A DNA stretch of 64,000 nucleotides from positions 2,638,880 through 2,702,879 of the forward strand of contig CM074810.1 in assembly GCA_037447605.1 (NCBI GenBank). Direction: 5' to 3'. Below the pieces are notes generated by a model that saw only the letters and a program-made list of their open reading frames with translations, did no database searches and was not told where the DNA came from. Below, in pieces: positions 49,996 through 64,000 of this stretch (positions are counted from its first letter, which is position 1; every line of letters starts with the position of its first letter). A program made the position numbers and the translations under genes. The DNA comes from Zygnema circumcarinatum SAG 698-1b (taxonomy: Eukaryota > Plantae > Zygnematophyceae).

Positions 49996-50888
49996 AGGAC
50001 GGTGAAGACGACAGCAATGAAGAGCAGGAAGGGTTGGATGAAGATGATGAAGGTGCACAGGACGTTGAAAAAGTTGAAGATGAGGAGATTGAAGAGGATG
50101 TGGAGCGTGAGGATTCAATAGATGTGCCGGAGACTGATTTTGGAACGGGAGAGGCGAGAAATCGGGAGGAGGAAGATGACGCACCGGGAGAAGAAGATGA
50201 ACCTGATAATTTGGAGATAGAGGGACATGTGGGGGGGAATGGGAAGTGATGACATTGAGGACCAAGAGGATGATCTCGGTGAAAGCACAGATGACCATCA
50301 TGATGAAGATCATGAAGCTAACAGAGTTGTAGGGTTTCCTGAGGATGTACATGGATCAGTTAGTTTTACAGATGAAGAGCCGGAGGATGAGGGTGGGGAG
50401 GAAGTGGGATTGGGTGGGGAAGAAGAGGACTGGAGAGAGCACACAGATTGGATGGAGATAGTCGAGGAAGAATATTGGGGGGGACTGAGGATGGTGATTG
50501 TTCTGGAGAAGGTAAGCAGAACGATTTCTTGGGACAAGGGGCCATGGACGATTTTGATGGCGGTGTAGACTACAACAACCTAAAAGAAGGAGCTGGAGGG
50601 GGTTCTGATGTGGATAGTTCCAATGAAATTTTGGACGGAGACCGAGGATTGTCTCCTTCTCACGAAGATGGAAAAGGAAAAAACAGCGATGAAGATGACG
50701 AAAAAGATGCGGAGGACGATGACATTTTTGGAGACGATGACTTTGACGACGATGGAAGGGACTTTGATGGAGATTTTGAGAGTGCAGATGATGGGAAGGG
50801 GGAGGAGGATAGCGGTGACGATGGGGATGATGATGGTGGAGATGAAGATGGGGACGGTGGTGATGACGAAGGTATTCACATACTGTAA
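49996..50888 (+). pseudogene. Acidic exon copy B with two frameshifts
   Basis: Homologous to 43692-44735 but split over ORFs 49980, 50227 and 50448. Confidence 0.65.
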
Positions 50889-52279
50889 GGCCCTAGAGCA
50901 GCCTGTACAAGAGGTCCTCTGCAGGGCTGTCATCATCGCTATCACATTCCCAGCATCACCCTTCCCATCTACGTCCATGCTCACTTTGCTGGCAGTTAAC
51001 GTGTTTGTCTGTGTGGCAACATGTTTGTCCCCAACGTGTTGGACTTGAAAAAAAAAAAAAAAAGAAAAAAAACAGACAGAAATTGACTGCCCATTCCGAT
51101 CTGGAATACAGTTCTTCAACCTCGTCAGTGAGAGGTTTTGCAGCTTCTTCCCTTCTGCAAACTTTGTGCGCACCTGCCTCAATAGATCTAACCGTTCAGA
51201 GATAAAATACAAAGAATTATTATAGGGTATACAGGGTTTAGGATATAGGCTATGTATATATTGAAATTCAACAGAGGGTATAGGGTATAGGATATAGGGT
51301 ATAGGGTGTAGGGTTATGGGTTTTTAGGTACATGCATTTCAGTTACGATGCATTTGTCTACGTGCAACTTTGACTCGTGGGAACACACGGGTCCTGGTGT
51401 GGTGGCGAGTGCCTTTCTTGCGCAAGTAACGCTGCTAATCTGTGAAGATTTTGCTTTCCCTTTAAGTCCAGCTTTCGTAGCTGCAGACATCAAACAAGCG
51501 TTGCCCAATAATCCAATTCAATCGAAGCCTGAAGATGTTTAATCACAACCAGGGTACGTTCCAAGCTCGCTTCTGAATCAATCGTGAAAGGTCGCGGCAT
51601 TGATGCCTTTGATATTGAATTAGCTGCTATTGTTGGACAGAAGTGTTGGCAATGTGACCTTAAGGAGGTGCAGCATAGAGACCAACCAGAGGAGAGACTG
51701 CAGACTTCCTTCTTTCTTCTTTGCAGCAAATGCCGGAACCACTGAGGCGTTGGTTGCATATCTCAATATGATAATAATATAACATATGATATATATATAA
51801 TATTTCTCATATCTCATATCTCATATATATATCTGTATATGCTGCCACTCCTTGTATGTTCAATTGGAGCGATTGAGGGTGTGCGTCTCTTTGTCCGGCA
51901 TGAACGTGCATGGTATCTTCCCTGGAAATTGGGAGTCACGAAAGATGCAAACAAATGGGGTTCGAGGAGTCCCTGGTTTGACACGAGCCTGGAGAAAAAC
52001 AAACCTAAAATTCAAGGATTAGGATTCACAAGTAAAGAATCTTTGAGCTTCAAACTTAAGCTTTCACATACTTCGGGTCTAAGCAAAGCGTGGGTTCAGA
52101 GTTCAGGGTTAAGGGTCAGGGTTTAGGGTTCAGGATTCATCAAGCGCACATTCTGCTTCCATCAATTTCTAAGCTCTGGAAACTACAGGATTCTGCAGCG
52201 ACTTAAGCTCAAATCTAAATCGTGGAGTTTTGGAGTTCTTAGTTTTAGTTTTAGTTTTATCCCTGATCTCGTAGAACTC

Positions 52280-52468
52280 TCACCTGCAGAGCGCATCAAA
52301 GCGCTCCCTGAACCCTAATTCTGCACCGATCTGCAGTCCCACTTCATCCGGCAACTGCGGAAATAAAGAAATTGCATCCTCGATTGAATGAAATGCAGCT
52401 TTTAAGGACCTTTCATCGCGACGGGCTGCACTACTTTCTGAGCCTCCTGAACCCTGCGGGTCTGCCAT
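52280..52468 (-). pseudogene. F-box remnant copy B, divergent from COQ5
   Basis: LPDEVGLQIGAELGFRERF with an internal deletion relative to copy A. Confidence 0.55.
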
Positions 52469-52923
52469 GGCGGAGCGGGTTGGCCCTGAACCCTAATCCT
52501 CCCCTCCTCTGCAGAGTCTGCGCTGCGCCTTCCAGAGGGTTCGAACCAAGCACCTAAGCAGGCTCCCCCTCTGCTGGCACGAGGGCAGGCCACGTGGCAG
52601 CGAGCTAGGTCCCTGATTGACTGCTGGCATAGAAACAGAAATTTTCCAAACGGCAATTTTAAAATAAAGCAATCAATACCTATTACTTCAGAATCTGAAT
52701 TAGCGTAGTTTGGCATTCATAAACCTAAAATTATTAAGAGAGGAGATAAGGTTGTATAGAAGAGGGTTTTATTTGGCCTAGTTCTGTGCAGAATTCCGTC
52801 ACAGTTACCGTTCGCCGTTACGTCCCACACAGAGAAACCGCCTCGTTCCCGGAATACCTCACGGTTTCGTTGTGTGACGCGGCACGAGAGTGCCACGTCA
52901 GCCCTAATTTGGATCAGACAGCC

Positions 52924-57596
<4,673 letters not shown>

Positions 57597-59720
57597 CATG
57601 GAACGTGTGGAACCGTTCAACGGACATGGAAACACGGAACAGGCAACACGGAACACGGAACAGGGAACGGCGAGGACGGACGGCAAGCCCACAACGGAAC
57701 GAAACGGAACAAAACGGAACGGAAGGGAACGGAACGGAACGGACTACTTCGCTGTTAGGAGTTTCTATTTGGGGGGAGAGCGGGGGTGTATGTTTGTCGT
57801 TTAGTTTTGAGGGTCACATGTACATAGGAGAACTGGGAACTGCGAACTGTCTGGGGAGGGAGGGTGGAAGGGAAGCGAATTTCTATGTACTGTGGGTTAA
57901 AGTAATCTCTCAAGTCCGCCATTTCTGTAGTGAATCAGGAATCGAAACCACGAGTTTTTTTCCCAACATGAACAATAACATGTGCCTAGGCATGAACTAA
58001 GTTCAGAACCCGTTCATGTCTGAACACCAATTAACGAACTTGTGTGAACGATCTCAACCGTCAGATTCGATGCCGCCGATCATACGGATACAGGTCATGC
58101 ATATCTACCACGTGGCATCGTCGGCCTTTTGTCGGCGCCGATTCTGCTACCGACCACCGTGTCCGTACATCCAAGTCCCTTTGCCGTACGGAACGTATTT
58201 TGTCGTTTTTGAACCGTATGTGCGACGAATGTTGTATCCGACAAATTAGACCTTGACCACATGCCTCGTCCAGCTCCAAAGATTTGGCCGCTGCCGACAA
58301 AAAGCAGATTCAATTCAATGATTGCCGCTTGGACCCATCTGCCGTTACTTTTGGACTGACTGAATCGAAGATTCTTCGGATCTGGTCGGCAGATTCTTTC
58401 AATCCGGTATGACCGTTTGGTTGTCGTTTAAAGGAGGGATGACGTAAGCGTAGCGGCTTTCCACCGACCCTGTACGGACAGCTCAGATTCCGGCGACCCA
58501 CGGTCACCGGCCACGCGTGACGTGACGTGACCGGCGCCGAAAATCCCGGAAGACGCAAGGCGGTCGACTCCCGCCATAAACCCGCGCGAGAGAGTGAAAG
58601 CGAGAGGGCGAGAGTGAGAGGGAGAGAGGAAGAAGGCGAGGAAGGGAGAGAGGGAGGGAGTGGGAGAGGGGAAGGGAAATCGAGGGAGAGCTAGTTAGAG
58701 AGCAGAATTGGGTGAGAGAGAGAGGGAGAACGAGCAGGGGGAGGGAGGTAAAGGGAGAGGGAGGGAAAGGGGAGGGAGAGGGAGGTAAAGGGAGAGGGAA
58801 AGGGAGAGGGAGGGAGAGGGAAAGGGAGAGGGAGGGAGAAGGAGGGTGAGAGGAAGAAATAGGGAGATAAAAGAAGAGGAAGAGGTAGGTAGAGGGGGGA
58901 ACATTGAGAGAGGGCTCGTGAATACATTCATAGACGGCCACATATTGGAGCCCTTTTGAGATTTGAATCTTTGTGGGCGACATGGGAAGGACGCACGTGC
59001 GAAGTGGAGGCGGTTGGGCCCACGTTCGCTGTACGGCCGTTCTATGCGCGGCGCTGTGTTACGGAGTGCTTGGTGGGTCGTGCTCCATGCATGTGATTGT
59101 ACCTTTGGTAAATACTTTGGGTAAAATTTGTAGAGCGTAGTAGGGAACATTGGGGAGTTGCGGGGAAAATCATGTCTGATCTATCTCTCTTTCTCTCGCT
59201 ATCTATCTCTCTCCATGTATCTCACTCCCTTCCCATCTCCTTCCCTCTCTTTCCCTCTCTCTTCTCCACATACCTCTCCAGTTCTCCTCCCTTGTCTCTC
59301 CCCCTCAACCCCCATCTCCCTCTCTCTCTCCCCCAACCTCTCTCCTCTCTCCCCCAACCTCTCTCACTCTCTCCCCACATGTCTCTCCGTCTCTTTCGCC
59401 ATATCTATCCCTCGCCTCCATCCCCGTGTATCTTCCCATGCCATGTTTCCACATACTAGCAAAATCTATTCTCACCACATTTCGCATATTCATCTACAAA
59501 ATTCGCCAGAGTCACCCGAATTCCCATCCCATAAATACCCATTTGATTTCAGAGTTTCTTGCTAGATGGAAATTGTCAGCTCTCAGTCCCTTGAAATATC
59601 TTCACAAAGAGCCGGAAAAAGTCTTCTCAACCTCTGAACCCATTTACACCCTTTCTTTTCCAAATTTTGCTGACCTCGAAAATAATACTTTCCTTGTTGT
59701 CTCTCAAAAAAACCTTGCAG

Positions 59721-61540
59721 GTTGTAATTTCCAGGACGGGATGAAATTTGAAGGCGAGGACTTTGAGATTTTGGACTCCCTTCCAAGTAAGGAGGCGTGC
59801 TGCTTCGAATGCAGGGCCATGCTCGGCTGCGTTGCGTTCACATTCTTCCACAACGGAACGGAGGCGAACACATGTGTCCTCAAAAAATACGTCAACGGAA
59901 CGCTGACAGTTGCGCCAAATGCCGTTTCTGGAATCGCGACAGGTGTCACCTTATCTCCGTTTTAACATGGAAAGGCTTCGATTTGTAACTTTCTTTTTGC
60001 TTTTAGATTTTTCTGACGTTTGACGATTGAAAAACCTCATCAACGATCAGATTTTGTCTCTGTCCGTCTTTTGAGCTGTAACGGAACATGGAAATAGAGC
60101 AATTCTTCATTCATGCCCGAGATACGCCGAGGTTTAGTCAAACCTCAAGACCTTAAACCCTAAAAATCCCAAGCCTTAAACCCCTAAACCCTTTTCTATG
60201 AAGTAGATGGACGGTTCAGCACGGCCAGATCTGACCAATCGAGATGTCTACTCTTGCAGGGGAATGCTATTTTGACCACGGCGTCGAGTACCCACTTTTT
60301 GACATGATGACATTTTCTGACGTGGAGAACAAGGAGACCTGCTGCTATTGGTGCGGAACCACGAGGAAATGCGCCGCCTTTACTTACTACCAATCCGGAC
60401 CGAGGGCAAAGACCTGCGTCGTAAAATACGCCGTAAAAAATCACATCTCGAGCCCAAACATGGTTTCTGGAGTCATCTCAGGTAGGGTGGGGCCCCTCTC
60501 CTTCTCCGTCACTCTCTCTTTCTCTCTCTTTCTCTCACACTTTATTTCTCCCCCTCCCACTCTCTCTCTTTTTTCTACCTCTCAATCTCTCTCACCTCCC
60601 CCTCCCCCTCCCCTCCCCCTACCCCTCCCCCTCCCCCTCCCCCTCCCCCTCCCCCTCCCCCTCCCCTCCCCTCCCCCTCCCCTCCCCTCTCCCCCTCCCC
60701 TCCCCCTCCCCCTCCCCCTCCCCTCCCCTCCCCTCCCCTCCCCCTTCCCCTCTTCTTTCCTCCCCCTTCCCCCTTCCCTCCCCTCCCCCTCCCCTCCCCT
60801 CCCCTCCCCTCCCCTCCCCTCCCCTCCCCTCCCCTCCCCTCCCCTCCCCTCCCCTCCCCTCCCCTCCCTCCCCTCCCTCCCCTCCCCTCCCCCTCCCCCT
60901 CCCCCTCCCCTCCCCTCCCCTCCCCCTCCCCTCCCCTCCCCCTCCCCCTCCCCCTCCCCCTCCCCTTCCTATTGACCTTGCCTCAATTACATTTGTTGAT
61001 TGGTTCCCCCGCCCCTTTTCTTTCCCTTCCTTTCAAGCAGGCAGAAGCGCGCGGTGCATGTTCGAGCCCTCCACGGACTACCGCGGGTTTGATCTGAAGG
61101 CCGTGACAGGTGTCACAACGCGGCAGGATTGCTGCGACGTGTGCCGATCCACTTTGAACTGCTCCGCGTTCACATTCGCGCCCTCGGCCCGAACGTGTTC
61201 GCTGAAATCGCGAAGTGTGAACAGAGTGGCGAACGGGGACGCCGTCTCCGCCCTCATGACGGGTCAGCCTTTTACCGAATCCAATGTTTTTTTTGCTTTT
61301 CTTAAACGTAGTATGTTTATATTTCGGATTCTTTTTGTTTATATTAACTTAAATGTAACTATCTGAAGCGCTTTCTGCTGTGTTTTTTATTTCTAATTTG
61401 TTTGGTTTGACCTGATCTTGCACTACGCTTGTCGTGTCGTGACGTGACGTGGCGTGACGCTTGTCACAGGGTTATCCTGCGCTAAAACAACGATCAAGCT
61501 TTTGGGGATCGAAGCCGAAAGCAAGTCAGCGATTGTGTGA
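59721..61540 (+). CDS. Protein with three tandem PAN/Apple domains (lectin-like); first exon uncertain (~58982/59044-59107)
   Basis: Exons 59721-59942, 60260-60481, 61041-61262, each C...CC..C.....C.AFTF...C.(L/V)K...VS(G/A); last exon 61470-61540. Confidence 0.82.
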
Positions 61541-61571
<31 letters not shown>

Positions 61572-62758
61572 TCTGAAATTTTACATTATTGTGAGCGTAC
61601 GTTCAACAAGCTCAAGTTAAAAAAATATATATTTAAAAAATGGGGTCGCCAAGTCCTCTCGAAATATTTTGACCGTTGAAGTTGTGACCGGGAGCAGGTC
61701 GGAGAATGGCCCTCCCCAGATTTTGCTTTCTCATGTGTATACATAGATTTAATATTTTACATTTTTTTCGAATGGTTATTCTTCTGAAGTTTTAGGATTT
61801 TTTTCAATTTGTTCAACGGCAAATTTAGCCTTTTTAATGGAACTCCACTTTTAAACATATGATCTCGTACGACTTATTTTTTTGTTGTTCTATGTCTTGC
61901 TTCTTTTCTTTTTTTTCTGTGTGCTCTTGTTCCGTCATTTATTTTGCCGTTCTGCCCAACTATAGTCAATTCAGCCTTTTTCTCTTCCCTTTTTTCTTTT
62001 CAAAACATTAATATACCTAATTGGATTTAAAAATAAAATAAACAGAGTGAATAATACTCCATAATTTGACATTTCTGTTTCATTTCTCAAAAAAAACAAA
62101 ATAAGAAAGAAAGAATGGGGTATTTTAATGTGGAGCCTGAAACTGCTCTCTCCTCAGCAACCCAAATAAGCCGAAACAGTGCTGGTCACATGCATCAAAT
62201 ATCAGTAAAAAAATTTGACTGAAACTGTTACAAGCCCCATTATCACGGAACTTCAACAGAAACAGTCACATAGAACCACAACGATGTGCCCTCAACCCAT
62301 GTCCATGCTCCATTACATCCACACACGAGCGTTTCCGTGCACACGAACAACCAGTAACCAGTTCCGTTACGCGTTCCATTAAACCGGACAGTTTCCATAA
62401 AATCTGGAGCATGTAACCTGTAGTTTTTGTCCCTCTTTTTGCCAATTGCGACAAATTTCCGAATCGAAATTCTGGCGAGCCTTGAAGCTCGCCATCATCA
62501 TGGAAAGACAATTATTGCTCCTCCGTCGTCTGCGGAGCCTACGCAGTCACATGCTCCAGTTCCGACGAACTTCCGTTCCGTAAAACACAAAGCGGCAATT
62601 GACCACCTGCATGGATCGACCGCCTCCATGCACGCATGCATACTGACGTGGCAGCCGTAACCCATGCAGCCGTTCAATTGCCCCCGTGACCTATCCGTAC
62701 ACTTCACATTCTATCCACATTCTTAGGGTTTAAGAAGAGGGTTCAGGAGCCCATTTTC

Positions 62759-64000
62759 TTAAGCTCGGAGAATCGCACCAATTGGGGTACTAGTCTGCTG
62801 CGAGTCCACCACCATGGAGTCCACCTTCCACGAGTTTTCCTCCTCTGGGCTTAAAACGTGGAGCAGGATTCCACCTCCCCTTCCGGCCCTTGCAACCGGC
62901 GACTCAATGACCCCCAATTTGCCGCCCTTGAGCCCAAAAATGCGGAAAGTTTGCTTCCACAAATGATGGGGGGCGGCTCCCGAACTGACTCCATGTGGCA
63001 AATTCACCAAATGTTCCCAACTGCAATCTTGAGCGTTGTGCCTGACTACCGTTGGAACCCATTCATTGGTCAAACTGAAATTTTGCGATTTTGCGACCGC
63101 ATAGACCGTCCCCCCCAAAGTGGTCACCGACTGAACCACTTGCAAGGCCGACTGCCGGGCGGCAAAGGGCTCCACAGTGTGCCACTTGTCATCATCCACG
63201 TCGTACACGTGTGCACGTTGGATCATTCCAGACGTCCCAATCACGTTCTGAACGAAGCAGACGGATTCCCCCAACGAGTAGGCGCCACCTGGCGTCTGCC
63301 ACGCGTCCTGCGGAACGTCCTTCCCCTCTCGCCACGTGGCCAGTATCGGATCCAGAATCTCCACAGATTTCGTAGCTCTGACGCCCTCGGATCCTGCGAT
63401 GATGACGTGCCCAGAATCGGATACGGCCACCATGGGCTGCAGTCTTCCTTGTCGCATGGGCGGCATCCGACGCCACGTGTACTGCCACGTGTCAAAGGCC
63501 CAGACCTCCTTGCTCAGATTGCGCCACGTGTCCCCTCCATCCCCGCCTCCGCCAATCAGCAGCAGCTGGGTCCCGACTCCGACGCAGGCGTACCCATGGA
63601 ACGCCTCCCAGTTCCCCGTCATCTGCAACGGTAACGGCGGCATATAGCAGCTCTCGCCGCTCCCCAAATCGATCAGTTTGAACGCCAAATGGACTTCGCC
63701 GCCCAGTCTCCGCTCGCCAACGCAGACACACACGAGCTCGTCCACCAATCCCAGGCTGCCACGTGTCTCATGAAGCTCCTTAGAGGCCAGGGCCTGCCGC
63801 CACGTGTGACACGTCTGGCGGGCGGCAGAGCGCTGCACGAAGGGGACACGTGCCAGGCATTTTAGGGCGACCTCGTCAGGGAGCCCAGGAATGATGCCAC
63901 GTGGCATATCGGACGGCTTAGAGGAGGAGGGGTCCGCCACGCTGGGCAGGGGGGGAGACGGCCGCGGGCGAGGGGCCTTGCGGGAGGGTCCACCAATGAC
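62759..64000 (-). CDS. F-box/kelch-repeat protein, intronless, 5' end beyond the window
   Basis: IIPGLPDEVALKCLARVP F-box; kelch motifs LLLIGG, WRRMPPM, VEILDP...W. The frame is open to position 64000. Confidence 0.9.
   Translation of the reverse strand, partial: VIGGPSRKAPRPRPSPPLPSVADPSSSKPSDMPRGIIPGLPDEVALKCLARVPFVQRSAARQTCHTWRQALASKELHETRGSLGLVDELVCVCVGERRLGGEVHLAFKLIDLGSGESCYMPPLPLQMTGNWEAFHGYACVGVGTQLLLIGGGGDGGDTWRNLSKEVWAFDTWQYTWRRMPPMRQGRLQPMVAVSDSGHVIIAGSEGVRATKSVEILDPILATWREGKDVPQDAWQTPGGAYSLGESVCFVQNVIGTSGMIQRAHVYDVDDDKWHTVEPFAARQSALQVVQSVTTLGGTVYAVAKSQNFSLTNEWVPTVVRHNAQDCSWEHLVNLPHGVSSGAAPHHLWKQTFRIFGLKGGKLGVIESPVARAGRGGGILLHVLSPEEENSWKVDSMVVDSQQTSTPIGAILRA

Noticed and set aside
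62858-63634. 258-aa plus-strand ORF
   Set aside because: Antisense shadow of the F-box/kelch CDS.

Overview
Eukaryotic, intron-rich plant-lineage draft genomic DNA (streptophyte; an alga or early-diverging land plant is my inference). It has ten 10-N gaps, CT/GA-microsatellite introns and degenerate TTTAGGG-like arrays. Most listed ORFs are microsatellite noise; the real genes had to be spliced by hand. In order: a LAZ1/TMEM184 membrane protein; a double-AP2 ANT-clade transcription factor with the 9-nt VYL microexon and mixed euANT/WRI1 residues; three CYP71-clan P450s (one intact, two with nonsense codons) interspersed with a foldback region, a secreted GH26 hydrolase, a PIF/Harbinger transposase with a tRNA-Cys-like Pol III unit upstream, and a long-TIR element; a nucleoplasmin-like/acidic/RGG protein; a 2-copy segmental duplication (FHA-RBR E3 gene, acidic exon, F-box remnant, COQ5); a 3xPAN/Apple protein; and an F-box/kelch gene. 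The most striking pattern is three inverted repeats, each carrying sequence of a neighbouring gene: a ~320-bp-arm hairpin built from the FHA exon of the adjacent FHA-RBR paralog, a TIR with a 23-nt exact match to the P450 coding exons, and a ~750-bp inverted repeat starting just after the GH26 stop. These are candidate local hairpin-siRNA/proto-MIRNA loci; expression cannot be shown from sequence alone.
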